Assembly: GCA_023150835.1 (NCBI GenBank) | Contig: JAKLKB010000019.1 | Span: 1-64,000 of the forward strand | DNA from: Myxococcota bacterium | Lineage (GTDB): Bacteria > Myxococcota_C > UBA6777 | Direction: 5' to 3' | DNA length: 64,000 bases | Shown here: piece by piece, positions 39,395 to 49,603 of the stretch | How positions within the stretch are numbered: position 1 is the stretch's first letter | How the letters are laid out: each line of letters starts with the position of its first letter | Translations under genes and position numbers: made by a program | The notes under the pieces: generated by a model | Databases searched by the model: none | What the model saw: only the letters and a program-made list of their open reading frames with translations | What the model was told of the DNA's origin: nothing

Positions 39395-40201
39395 GTGAGT
39401 GGGTTGGTTGAATTTGGGATTCGCTGTCCGAGTTGCCGACAAGGTTTGTTGGAGCGATCAGAGCAGGGCGATGCGAGATGTGGTGCGTGTGGTGCGGGTT
39501 ATTCGATCGAATCGGGTGTGGTTTGTTTGCTTGCGCCGGGTCGGGAGCCTCGGACACTTGCTCAAGCCGCGATGGAGTGGCCGCCGTTGATTCGTATCTA
39601 CGAAAGCCGATTGTGGCGACGCAATCCTCTTTTTGCGATGGTGACGGGGATCTCGTTCGAGCAAGAGTATGCGTTGATCAACGAGGCGTTGGGGCTTCGA
39701 GAGGGAGATCGTCTGCTCGATCTTGCTTGTGGTCCGGGTATTTATGCGCGGCGTTTTGCGCGTGTGGTTTCGCAAGGCGTTGTTGTGGGGTTGGATCTGT
39801 CCGTTCCGATGTTACGGTATGCTCAACAAAAAGCCACGGCACAGGGACTGCGGAATCTGTTGTTTGTTCGGGGCGATGCGATGGCGCTTCCGTTTGGAGA
39901 AGGGTATTTCGATGCGGTGAATTGTTGTGGGGCGCTGCATCTTTTTCCCTCCGTCACACAAGCATTGAGCGAGATCGCTCGTGTGTTGCGCCCAAAGGGG
40001 CGATTTTCTGCCGCAGTGTTTCGTCGATCGGAGGGCGAACGTGCAGCCCAAGGCACTGCTCGACAACGCGCCGTATCGGGTGTCGACGCCTATTCTCTCA
40101 CGCAGATAGGTGCGTTGTTTGAAGAGGCAGGGCTGTGTGACGTCACGTTTTTGCACAAAGGTTCGCGTTGGCTTGTTGTGAGCGCTCAGAAAGCAGGATA
40201 A
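39395..40201 (+). CDS. Class I SAM methyltransferase with N-terminal CxxC zinc ribbon
   Basis: CPSC..CGAC; LDLACGPG; DAMALPF. Confidence 0.85.
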   Translation: MSGLVEFGIRCPSCRQGLLERSEQGDARCGACGAGYSIESGVVCLLAPGREPRTLAQAAMEWPPLIRIYESRLWRRNPLFAMVTGISFEQEYALINEALGLREGDRLLDLACGPGIYARRFARVVSQGVVVGLDLSVPMLRYAQQKATAQGLRNLLFVRGDAMALPFGEGYFDAVNCCGALHLFPSVTQALSEIARVLRPKGRFSAAVFRRSEGERAAQGTARQRAVSGVDAYSLTQIGALFEEAGLCDVTFLHKGSRWLVVSAQKAG

Positions 40202-40275
40202 GGGGGAGATACGACGGCGGCGAGGGCGGACACGCCAGAGATCGTCAAGCCGTCCAAGCAGAAAACAGGAGGATG

Positions 40276-43200
40276 TCAGATACGACGGCGGCGAGGGCGG
40301 ACGAGGAAGAAGAGCAAAGCAAAGAAGAAGAACAAGGCTGGTTCTGTGGGTGAGAGAGAAGTGCAGCTACACCCGGGGGATTGGTAGCGGGATTCTGCGG
40401 TGGGATCGTCGTTTTGGTTGCCTGTTTGTTTGTTGTCGTCTTCTTTGGCGACGGTGTCGGATGCTTGGGGGGTGTCTTGGGTGGGGTTGTCTTGGGCGGT
40501 GGGATCGTCGTTGTGGGAAGGGCCGTCTTGTTGGGGGTCGTTGTCTTGGGGCGAGGCGTCTGCGTTTGTTTCGGTGGAGATCTCGGTGGTTGCGCCATCT
40601 TGTGTGGACTCGTTGTTGTTTTCGTCCGAAGGCTCGGCGCTGGGTTCTTGTCCGTTGGGGAGGCAGACGGTTTTGTCGCCTTGGAGGATACAATGGCTGC
40701 CATCGGGGCAGGTGACAAGGAAACAAGCATCGACGCAAGTTCCGGCGACACAGCGTTTTCCTGTTGCGCAATTCGTGTTTTTGCAAGCGTCACCGATACA
40801 GACGCCATTTTCGCAGGTGAGTCCGGCGGGACATTCACCGCCGCTGCACTTGCGGCGGCACTCTCCCGCGTTGCACACCAAACTCGGCGGGCAGAGGGGG
40901 TTTCCGTTGGTTTCGTTGTCGATCTGGCCGTCGCAGTTGTTGTCTTTGCCGTCGCAGATCTCGTTGTTGGGTTTGGGGGCGTCGCAGTTTGTCCATTGGC
41001 CGTTGGTACAGGTCTCTTTGCCTTCGCCGCAGGCCGAGCTACAGGTGCGAGCGAGTCCGTTGTCGATCACGCCGTCGCAGTCGTCGTCTTTGCCGTTGCA
41101 GGTCTCGGATTCGGGAGAAGGGCCAGAGCAACCGCCCCATTTTCCGCCTTGACAGGTGGCGGTGCCTTGACCACAAGGGCCTTGGCAAGGGCGTGGTGTG
41201 AGTCCGTTGTCGATCTGGCCGTCGCAATCGTCGTCTTTGCCGTTGCAGTCTTCGGCTTGTGGTTTGGGGGCATCACAAAAGGCCCATTGACCGGCGATAC
41301 AGCGTTCTTTTCCACTTCCGCAAGTGGTGGAACAAGCGCGTTCAGGGACGTTGTTGTCGACGAGGCCGTCGCAATCGTCATCGGTGTTGTTGCATTGTTC
41401 GGGGGCGGGCTGACGGGCGCTACAGCTTTCCCACTTGCCAGCTTTGCAGATCTCAAAGCCCGTCCCACAAGCGTTGCTGCAAGATTGGGTGAGGTTTTCG
41501 TCGATCAATCCGTTGCAATCGTTGTCGATCCCATCGCAGATCTCGGGTGTAGGGGCTTTTCCAGCGACGGAACATTCAACGCCCGTTCCGTCGGACTTGC
41601 ATACAAACGTCCCTGTTTCTTTGCAAGCGCCCATGCCCACAGAACAGGGCTGGCCCTTGGTTGGGAAGTCTTCGTCGACTTTGCCGTCGCAATCGTCGTC
41701 TTGTCCGTTGCAGATATCTTTGTCGCGGGGTGGGATATTGGCGGTGTGAAAGTTGTTGGTTTTGTCGCATTCGTTGCGGGTTTGTTTGCCGGAGCCGTCG
41801 TCGTCGGCGGCGGCGTAAGCGCGGTTGGGGAGTGTGGGGAGAGGGGTCACGGAGACGGTGAGGAAGATGCCTTGGCCGGGTTCGATGTCGCGGGTGGTGA
41901 GGACGGTGGCGAGTTTTTGTTTAAGGCCCGTGGGATCGCCTTGATAGATCGTGACGGGGAGTTGGGCGGGGATCTTTTTTGCACCTTGATTGAAGATCCA
42001 GACGCCCGCAAGGAGTTTGTTGGGAGCGCTATCGCAAGCGAACCGTAGATCTTTGAGGATGAGATCTGCGGCTTGGAAAAGTCCCGATCCTTGGACGTTT
42101 TGGCGAAAGTTGTTCAGGCTCGGTAGCTTCCAGTTTTCAATTGGTTTTTTAGGAGGCTGTCCAAAACGGTGGCCGGGCGGGCAAAACGGATCGGTCGGGC
42201 CTGTGCAGATGTTGGTGACGTTGTAAGCGTGTTGGTTCCAGACGTTGCGGGTGTCGACCCAGTTGTCGAGGGTGTCACGAAAGACCCGCAGCCGTCGCAT
42301 GGAGCCGTTGTTCGAACTAAAGACGATCTCGGCGCGACCATCGTTGTTGACGTCTACGATCACGGGATATTCGAGCGTGGTGGCCGAGCTATTGGCGGTG
42401 GAATAAAGAACACTGCCTGTCGTGCCGTTGAAAACGCGCATATAGACTTCGTCGTTGTAGACGACTTCGGCCTTGCCATCGCCTTCAAAGTCAAAGACAG
42501 AAGAGCCTGTTTGGGCGGAAGAGTGGTCTTGGGTTTTGAAGGACCACAACAGCGTGAGTTTTTTGTTGGGGATATCGACGGAATAAACGACGTAGTAGTC
42601 ACGCCCAGCCGAAGCGATATCGGGGTTTTTATCACCGTTAAAGTCGGCGACTGTCGGCGGACCACCGCCACCGCCCGGGATGGCGATACTGGCGATCAAT
42701 GCGCCTGTTTGGCCATGATGAACGCGGATGGCTCCTCCGCTAACGACCACGACTTCGGGCTTTCCGTCTTTGTCAAAGTCTGCGACCGCAGGATATCCGT
42801 CCGAAGCACCGTTGCTCCACATCGTGCTGCAATCTTTACGAAAAGCCCGTGAACCCGTCACGATCTCTTGGATGCCATCCCCATCAAGATCGGCGATCAC
42901 CGAAACAGGCCGAACATCGGGAGAGCCGTTGCCCCCCGTTCCTTGGCAAAGAACCAAGCCATCGCTTCCGCGTACGACGGCGCTTCCGACGATCACTTCG
43001 ACGTTTCCGTCCCCATCGAGATCGGCGATTGCAGGCCCCCCCCAACTCACCGTAAGAGGGACGACTTGGCCGTTGGCGTCATGGCTTACCCACTTGAATT
43101 TGCCCGTGTTGTCGAAGGCCAAGAGGCCACTATTCCACACACTTTTTCCAGCGTAGCGGGGGGCGACGATATCAGGTTTGCCGTCGTTGTCGATATCGCC

Positions 43201-43845
43201 GACCGCGATCGCGCCCAAACCGTTGACGCGGTAGGCTGGATCGCTGACGGTAAAGATCTCTTGGCCGTTGTCACCGCGCAGCGCACGAACCACGCCTTCT
43301 TCAGCGTAAGAACCGCCGCTGACGTAGCTGGTAAAGATCACAGAGGGCATATCTTTTTCGTCGATCTTTCCGTCGTTGTTGGAGTCTTGGAGCGCCATGA
43401 CGACAGGCGTCATCATCACGTTTGCAAAGGTCGGAAGGATCGAGCTTCCCGCCCACTCCCAAAGCGGAGAGGGGGAAAATTGGCCGATGGGTGGGCGATA
43501 GGTGCATTGTGCGTTGGTGGGGATCTGGGGAAAGCATCGTTTGAGTTCGAGGTTGCAGTAATTTCCCGCTGCGCAGTCGGCCTGTTGTTGGCAAGCAGGG
43601 CCTTGGTTGGTGCAAGCCCCTTGGTAGCAGAACTGTTGGTTTGCACAACAAGAAGTCCCGCATTGTTGGGCGATGAGGCATTGTGCGGTGGCAGAGCTTG
43701 GGAGAAGCCACAAGCCCCACACCACACAGACCGCGAAGCCAAGGGAGGCGGCGTGGGAGCGGTGGAATAGAGCGGAAAGAAGCGGCTTGAAGAGGCCGTC
43801 CCTCAGCAAAGGAGAAGCACAAGAGCAAGAGTGTTTTTGAGCCAT
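40276..43845 (-). CDS. Surface protein: FG-GAP propeller, Ig-like domain, Cys-rich stalk, MYXO-CTERM-like anchor
   Basis: Signal ATA|Q; DxDGDGxxEIV repeats; C-term GCSC-TM-RRRR. Confidence 0.85.
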   Translation of the reverse strand: MAQKHSCSCASPLLRDGLFKPLLSALFHRSHAASLGFAVCVVWGLWLLPSSATAQCLIAQQCGTSCCANQQFCYQGACTNQGPACQQQADCAAGNYCNLELKRCFPQIPTNAQCTYRPPIGQFSPSPLWEWAGSSILPTFANVMMTPVVMALQDSNNDGKIDEKDMPSVIFTSYVSGGSYAEEGVVRALRGDNGQEIFTVSDPAYRVNGLGAIAVGDIDNDGKPDIVAPRYAGKSVWNSGLLAFDNTGKFKWVSHDANGQVVPLTVSWGGPAIADLDGDGNVEVIVGSAVVRGSDGLVLCQGTGGNGSPDVRPVSVIADLDGDGIQEIVTGSRAFRKDCSTMWSNGASDGYPAVADFDKDGKPEVVVVSGGAIRVHHGQTGALIASIAIPGGGGGPPTVADFNGDKNPDIASAGRDYYVVYSVDIPNKKLTLLWSFKTQDHSSAQTGSSVFDFEGDGKAEVVYNDEVYMRVFNGTTGSVLYSTANSSATTLEYPVIVDVNNDGRAEIVFSSNNGSMRRLRVFRDTLDNWVDTRNVWNQHAYNVTNICTGPTDPFCPPGHRFGQPPKKPIENWKLPSLNNFRQNVQGSGLFQAADLILKDLRFACDSAPNKLLAGVWIFNQGAKKIPAQLPVTIYQGDPTGLKQKLATVLTTRDIEPGQGIFLTVSVTPLPTLPNRAYAAADDDGSGKQTRNECDKTNNFHTANIPPRDKDICNGQDDDCDGKVDEDFPTKGQPCSVGMGACKETGTFVCKSDGTGVECSVAGKAPTPEICDGIDNDCNGLIDENLTQSCSNACGTGFEICKAGKWESCSARQPAPEQCNNTDDDCDGLVDNNVPERACSTTCGSGKERCIAGQWAFCDAPKPQAEDCNGKDDDCDGQIDNGLTPRPCQGPCGQGTATCQGGKWGGCSGPSPESETCNGKDDDCDGVIDNGLARTCSSACGEGKETCTNGQWTNCDAPKPNNEICDGKDNNCDGQIDNETNGNPLCPPSLVCNAGECRRKCSGGECPAGLTCENGVCIGDACKNTNCATGKRCVAGTCVDACFLVTCPDGSHCILQGDKTVCLPNGQEPSAEPSDENNNESTQDGATTEISTETNADASPQDNDPQQDGPSHNDDPTAQDNPTQDTPQASDTVAKEDDNKQTGNQNDDPTAESRYQSPGCSCTSLSPTEPALFFFFALLFFLVRPRRRRI

Positions 43846-43873
43846 GATGCCACCTAAAAGCAATTAAGGGGGA

Positions 43874-43994
43874 GTGGTACGATACCCAAGTGATGTACAC
43901 ATAAAGAAGAGTGCGTATGCGCCCGACTATAGGGCAGCCACAGGGATCTGCCCCTACCTCTTTATGATCACACAACGGGCGGATTTCGTACCAC
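43874..43994 (-). repeat. Family 1 element (copy D)
   Basis: GTGGTACGA...CTGCCCCTAC...GGCGGATTTCGTACCAC. Confidence 0.8.
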
Positions 43995-44126
43995 ACCAAA
44001 CAACAGGAAGATCTGCGCACTTCGCACATCAAGTATCGAGAGGATCGAGCGTTTGGTTGTGAGCGGGGGAAACGTCGAACAAGCAGAGATGGTGGAGAGA
44101 TGGAGAGGTTTGGAGAAGACGGGGGG

Positions 44127-47100
44127 TTAGGCGACGGGGCGACGGCGGCGTGCAAAAGCGATGAGCAAGAGGAAAAGACCGAAGAGAAGGGCTGCTTCGC
44201 TGGATGCGACGCTTGTACAAGCACAGCCCGGGCTTTGGTACCGCCCACCTGTGTTGTCTTGGTCTTTTGTATTTCCTGTTTGGGTGCCGCCTGTTTCTTT
44301 TTGTCCGCCGTCTGTGGTGTTGTCCTGCTCGGTGTTGGTGTTGTTCTCGGTGTTGGTCGGAAATTCGGTGTTGTTTTCGGCGTTTGTGTTTTCGGCGTTT
44401 GTGTTTTCGGTGTTTGTGTTTTCGGTGTTTGTGTTTTCTGTGCTGGGATTTTCGGGTGTGGTGGCTTTGTGGCACTGTGCGTTTCCATCAAGGACGACGC
44501 AGGAAGCGCCTGAGGGGCATTGGATGCCGTGACAAGGGTCGTGGTCACAGACGCCCCCGTAGCAAGTGCGTCCTGTGGGGCATTGGACACCCACACAGGG
44601 ATCACCGACACATTTTCCAGCGATACATGTTTGGCCTTGGCTGCATTGGACGCCATCGCAGGGGCCTGTTTGTTTGGGATCGTCTTCGCACTTGCCGTCA
44701 ACGCAGCGTTGTTTGGCGGAGCATTGGACATCCGTGCAACTGTCGACGCACTTTCCTTCGCGACAGAATTGGCTTGTGCTGCATTTGACGCCGCTGCATG
44801 GGTCGGAGACGCATTGCTTGTTGACGCAGCGCTGTCCGTTTGGACAGCCTTGGGTATAACAGCTTTGTTCTTCGCACTTTCCGGCTTTACAGAGGGAGCC
44901 GTCGGGGCAGGTGACAAAGAAGCAAGCATCGATACATTTTCCAGCGACGCAGCGTTTGTCGGGATCACAGGTCATGCTTTTGCAGGGATCGCCGATGCAG
45001 ATACCATTTTCGCAGGTAAGTCCGGCGGGGCATTCGCCCTTGTTGCACTTTTGGCGGCATTGTCCGTCGCTACAGACCAACCCAGAGGGGCAGAGGGGGT
45101 TTCCGCTGGTTTCGTTGTCGATCTGACCATCGCAGTTGTTGTCCTTGCCGTCGCAGATCTCGTTGCTGGGTTTGGGGGCGCTGCAATTTTCCCATTGGCC
45201 GTTTTTGCAGATCTCTTTGCCTTCGCCGCAGGCCGAGCTACAGGTGCGGGTGATGCCGTTGTCGATCACACCGTCGCAATCGTCGTCTTTGCCGTTGCAG
45301 ATCTCGGTTTCGGGAGAAGGGCCAGAGCAACCGCCCCATTTTCCGCCTTGACAGGTAGCGGTGCCTTTTCCACAAGGGCCTTGGCAGGGGCGTGGTGTGA
45401 GTCCGTTGTCGATCTGGCCGTCGCAGTCGTCGTCTTTGCCGTTGCAGTCTTCGGCTTGTGGTTTGGGGGCATCACAAAAGGCCCATTGACCGGCAACACA
45501 GCGTTCTTTTCCACTGCCGCAAGCGGTGGAACAAGCGCGTTCGGGGACGTTGTTGTCGACTTGACCATCGCAGTTGTCGTCGATGTTGTTGCATTGTTCG
45601 GGAGAAGGTTGGCGGGCGCTACAGCTTTCCCACTTGCCATTTTTGCAAACTTCAAAGCCTGCGCCACAAGCGCTACTACAAGCTTGGGTGAGGTTTTCGT
45701 CGATCAATCCGTTGCAATCGTTGTCGATCCCGTCGCAGATCTCGGGTGTTGGGGGCTTGGCGGCTGCGGCACATTGGGTTCCGTTACCATCGGCCTGACA
45801 GACCCACGTTCCTGTGTTTTTACAAGCGCCAGCACCGACTTCGCACGATTGTCCGAGGGTAAGGAAGAAGTCTGCGTAGCTGAGTGTTGCTGTTTGAAGG
45901 ACTGGACTATCGCGACTGTCCGAAGTTTCGAGTAAGAATTCGATCTCGACAAAGCGGTTGGGAGTGATGCCGAGGGGCTGTCCTTTTCCGGTGTAAAGCC
46001 CCCATGCAGCGGTCGCAAGAGCAGCTTGGGTCAGCGCACTACGCGCACGCACTTTGATGGTTTTTTGGGGGCTGGTATTTGAATCGGTCCACGTCACGGA
46101 GTTGAAGTGAGACTTGCATTGCGAGTCAAAGACTTGGCGGATGGTACCCGAAGAAGGAGCCACGATCGCAAACAGCGTAAAGCCCGTCATATCCGAGTAA
46201 GTGTAGGGGTTGGATTGTACTGGAGAAGAGCAAGCACAAGCACACGCACCCGGGACGAAACAAAAGCAAGGCTTGGTTCCACCAACGTCGCAGATCGGAT
46301 AGGCCCCGACTTTGGCACCGTTTGAGGTGTTGAGTTTGTAGGCGAGACCTTCGCTGTAAGAGTTGGCCCATGTAAAACCTTTGGAGTCGACGGCGATCCC
46401 GATGGTATGGAGTCCAACGTCTGTGTAGTTGGTGGTCGTGCCAGCAGCGGCGTTGATAAACGAGACGAGGCGGGTATTGGCACCGGCAGCATCGTTTGAA
46501 CAAGCTACCCACACGTTGCCGTTTCCGTCGATGGCGACGCCACGTCCCATTCCGCCGATCGGGTAATCTTGGCGAGCGCCTGTTTGTGCGTTGAATTTGT
46601 ACAAGACGCGATTGCCGTAAGAAGCGGCCCAGACGTTGCCGTTTCTGTCGGCGGCGATGCCATAAACACTCGGAGCGGAGTATTCGCCCGTCACGGTGCC
46701 GGTCGTCGAGTCGATCCGAACCACAGTTCCACGGCATCGCGCAGACACCCAGATATTGTTGAAGGAGTCTGTGGCGAGTCCGTAGGTACAGATGCGTGGG
46801 TCAAGGACGCGTCGTTTGATCTGATAGCTGGTTCCATCGATCTGTACGACAGAATAGTTGCTTCCGCTGTAGGCTCCCCAACCCCCCGCCCAGATATCGC
46901 CGTTCTTGTCGACGGTCACACCCCGAGGACCGGGAGCGACGTTGTGCGAGACGATAAACTTTCCTTCGGCGGTGACCGCTGCTACATAGTTGGACGATCG
47001 CAAGCCGACCCACACATTTCCGCGTGAGTCGACCGTTGTCCGCGAAGGGCTTCCACCGATGTTGTTTTGTTTGAAGTCATAAGTCCAAAGGATGGCACCT

Positions 47101-47381
47101 GTGCGCGTGTCCATCTTGACGATGGTGTTGAGTCCTGAGTTGGGCAGGTAGATAAAAGGGGTTTCGTTGTACTGTTGTTTGGCTGGATCGTAAAAGATCT
47201 GCGCAGCCCCGGGGGTTTTGTTGGTGTCGACGTTGGTTGCAGAACCGGCCTTCCAATCGGCTTGTGTGTTCCATGTCTTGGTTTTGGGGTTGGTTTGTTG
47301 CGCGAACGCTTCAGACCATGACCAAAGCGCACACGCGATCATCCCTAACAATAGGGATCGATGGATGCTTTGGATGTTCAT
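44127..47381 (-). CDS. Surface protein: Vgb-lyase-like propeller, Cys-rich stalk, MYXO-CTERM-like anchor
   Basis: Signal AFA|Q; D..GNVWV repeats, PYTYSDMTG; C-term GCAC-TM-RRRR. Confidence 0.85.
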   Translation of the reverse strand: MNIQSIHRSLLLGMIACALWSWSEAFAQQTNPKTKTWNTQADWKAGSATNVDTNKTPGAAQIFYDPAKQQYNETPFIYLPNSGLNTIVKMDTRTGAILWTYDFKQNNIGGSPSRTTVDSRGNVWVGLRSSNYVAAVTAEGKFIVSHNVAPGPRGVTVDKNGDIWAGGWGAYSGSNYSVVQIDGTSYQIKRRVLDPRICTYGLATDSFNNIWVSARCRGTVVRIDSTTGTVTGEYSAPSVYGIAADRNGNVWAASYGNRVLYKFNAQTGARQDYPIGGMGRGVAIDGNGNVWVACSNDAAGANTRLVSFINAAAGTTTNYTDVGLHTIGIAVDSKGFTWANSYSEGLAYKLNTSNGAKVGAYPICDVGGTKPCFCFVPGACACACSSPVQSNPYTYSDMTGFTLFAIVAPSSGTIRQVFDSQCKSHFNSVTWTDSNTSPQKTIKVRARSALTQAALATAAWGLYTGKGQPLGITPNRFVEIEFLLETSDSRDSPVLQTATLSYADFFLTLGQSCEVGAGACKNTGTWVCQADGNGTQCAAAAKPPTPEICDGIDNDCNGLIDENLTQACSSACGAGFEVCKNGKWESCSARQPSPEQCNNIDDNCDGQVDNNVPERACSTACGSGKERCVAGQWAFCDAPKPQAEDCNGKDDDCDGQIDNGLTPRPCQGPCGKGTATCQGGKWGGCSGPSPETEICNGKDDDCDGVIDNGITRTCSSACGEGKEICKNGQWENCSAPKPSNEICDGKDNNCDGQIDNETSGNPLCPSGLVCSDGQCRQKCNKGECPAGLTCENGICIGDPCKSMTCDPDKRCVAGKCIDACFFVTCPDGSLCKAGKCEEQSCYTQGCPNGQRCVNKQCVSDPCSGVKCSTSQFCREGKCVDSCTDVQCSAKQRCVDGKCEDDPKQTGPCDGVQCSQGQTCIAGKCVGDPCVGVQCPTGRTCYGGVCDHDPCHGIQCPSGASCVVLDGNAQCHKATTPENPSTENTNTENTNTENTNAENTNAENNTEFPTNTENNTNTEQDNTTDGGQKETGGTQTGNTKDQDNTGGRYQSPGCACTSVASSEAALLFGLFLLLIAFARRRRPVA

Positions 47382-47733
47382 TTTTTATCCTCCTGCGCTG
47401 TGTTGACCATGTGCCGAGTAAGATAGCGAAGATCGTTTGGATTCTATCGTGGATCGTCTCAGTTTGCCAAGATTTGATATCTTTCTGAGGAGTCGTTGTT
47501 TGCGAACAATGCGGCCTTTGCGTGAGCCTTTTGTGGGCTGACCCCGATGTTTCGGGGATGTTGGTTCTGCTTGCATCCTGCCTGCTCTGGCTTGTTGCTT
47601 TGGAAGTGTTCGCAGCTCAACAAGGCTTGAGCCGATCCATCGTTTTCGGGTATGGCGCGCCATTTGTTGCGTTGGCGCTGTCGCGTTGGTTGCGTGGCGA
47701 TTTGCAGTGTCCGCTGCTCTGCCGTATGCGCTC

Positions 47734-47852
47734 ATACGAGAGCCGAGAGATGCGTGATCGAAGGGTCGATGCGAGCCGCTGTCGACGCCCTGTTGTTGGG
47801 CAGCACAGGGGGTCCCTACGTTTTTCGATCACGCCCCCTGCGGATTTCGCAC
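47734..47852 (-). repeat. Family 1 element (copy E, degenerate)
   Basis: ATACGAGAGCCG...GACGCCCTGTTGTTGGGCAG...CCCTAC...GCGGATTTCG. Confidence 0.75.
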
Positions 47853-48028
47853 TCATCAGCACAGACCCAAGAGGGGCTTGCTTTGGCTCATCTGTTTTTT
47901 TTTGAACCTTTGTTCTTGACTTTTTTTGAACTTTTGTTAAACCAAAAAGCCTTGTTGGGTTAAGCCGCGTGTAGAGATGGGTATTTTGGTTGATTTTGCG
48001 CGGGAGTAGGTGACGTGAGGGGTTTGAG

Positions 48029-49345
48029 ATGAAAAAGATACGAGGATGGTTGTGTGGTGTGAGTTTGTTGTTGGGTGTGGTCGTGGTGTTGGTGGCGTGT
48101 GATGGGAAAGCGCCGACAGGTGAGCAAACGACCGAGAACAGCGGTGTAGAGTCGGATCAAGAAAAAGCGGTGGTGGAGTTGGGGAGCGAAAACACGCCGG
48201 ATGGATCTGTCGAAGCGGGTATTGAGTCGCAGCCCGAGGCGCAAGTCGAGCCGACGACTGAGCCGACGACTGAGCCGACGACTGAGCCGATGCAGCCCGA
48301 AGCAACGACCGAACAGGTCTCGCCCGAGCCGACGACCGAGTCCGTACAGCCCGAAGCAACGGCTGAACAGATCTTGCCTGAACCAACCCCCGAGTCCGTG
48401 TTGCCCGAACCGCAGCCAGACGGTGTGCTGGGAGCAGATTACAGCAAAGACGGTCCGATGAATGTGTCGAGTGTCCCTCGGCGTGATATCACGTTGCCGA
48501 CGAGTACGGGCTGTGGGAAGTTTTGCAAGGTGTTTGTGGAAGTCAGTTATCCCGATGGCAGCGCGATCGCGGGGCCGTATCCGCTGGTGCTCTTCTCGAA
48601 CGGATTTTTGCTCAAGTCATCGTATTATGCGAGCTATGCCAAACGCTTTGCTTCGTGGGGATATGTGGTGGTGCGTTGGGATACCGATGGCGAAGATCCA
48701 ACACCGATCATCGGTAAGGGAGCGGTAGATCACGATGCGTTGGGCAAGATGATCGTCGAGCTGATCTCTTGGGCGGATGCCCAATCCAAAGATCCCGCTT
48801 CTGCGCTGCGTGGGAAGTTGGACGCATCCAAAACGTATGCGGTGGGCCATTCACGCGGTGGGAAGGCGAGTGCGCTTGCAGCAGGGCTTGATCCACGCAT
48901 CAAGCTGTATTTTGGCATCGACCCTGTGAACTCCAATCCACCGCTGAGTTCAAAGCGCGTGGATGCGCTGCCTGAGTTGGCAAAAAGCGCAGCACCCGTT
49001 GGGGTCGTGGGTTCCGACAACAACACGGGAGGTTTCCAACCCTGCACGCCTGTCAACGACAACTACACCAAGTTCTACGACGCAGTTTCGCGCAGCGCGT
49101 GGGAGATGCACGTTGTCAACAGCGGCCATATGCAATTTCTCGACAATACGACAAGTTGCGGCTTTACATGCTCGGCTTGTTCCGACGGTTCGACACCGAG
49201 TATGCGTGTGCGCGACCTCACGCAAACGATGATGATCGCGTGGGGAGAAAAGCACTTCCGAAGTGCCGATATCACGGTCTATTTGACGGGTGCGTGGTCA
49301 CAACAAGCGACGCAGGCAGGACACGCGAAGTTTCGTCGTAAGTGA
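48029..49345 (+). CDS. Lipoprotein with acidic EPTT linker and chlorophyllase/cutinase-like hydrolase domain
   Basis: LVA-C lipobox; GHSRGGK, GIDPV, GHMQFLD. Confidence 0.75.
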   Translation: MKKIRGWLCGVSLLLGVVVVLVACDGKAPTGEQTTENSGVESDQEKAVVELGSENTPDGSVEAGIESQPEAQVEPTTEPTTEPTTEPMQPEATTEQVSPEPTTESVQPEATAEQILPEPTPESVLPEPQPDGVLGADYSKDGPMNVSSVPRRDITLPTSTGCGKFCKVFVEVSYPDGSAIAGPYPLVLFSNGFLLKSSYYASYAKRFASWGYVVVRWDTDGEDPTPIIGKGAVDHDALGKMIVELISWADAQSKDPASALRGKLDASKTYAVGHSRGGKASALAAGLDPRIKLYFGIDPVNSNPPLSSKRVDALPELAKSAAPVGVVGSDNNTGGFQPCTPVNDNYTKFYDAVSRSAWEMHVVNSGHMQFLDNTTSCGFTCSACSDGSTPSMRVRDLTQTMMIAWGEKHFRSADITVYLTGAWSQQATQAGHAKFRRK

Positions 49346-49603
49346 GCTTTTGTGTGTGCGCCGTAAGTGAGTTTTTTGGGGCGGGTGGTACAGGCTTTTT
49401 AGTGATAGAAAGGAACGGGCGAGGGGCAAGTCGCCATTTGTGAGTTTTTGTGGGGGGGTGTTGCAGGGAGGGGAGCGTGTGTTAGTGTTTTGGCCTTTCG
49501 TGTGCTGAAAAGCTGCGCGTGTTGTGGGTGAGGCTCTGGATCTTCGATCTGTTTTGGGGCGCGTTCAACAAGGCGCGCTGTCATCGGAAAGGTCGAGGGT
49601 GGA

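Noticed and set aside
40208..40302. 24-bp direct repeat as an att site
   Set aside because: A local duplication of a gene 3' end 70 bp apart, with no integrase.
40381..45935. Long plus-strand Val/Ala-rich ORFs
   Set aside because: Antisense shadows of the Cys-rich genes.
40276..47381. Diversity-generating retroelement TR/VR pair
   Set aside because: No reverse transcriptase; both copies are coding stalk regions and I saw no clear adenine-specific mismatch pattern.
47480..47560. c-di-GMP-I riboswitch (CACGCAAAG on the minus strand)
   Set aside because: Lacks the GGYAAA/GNRA stem and tetraloop-receptor features.
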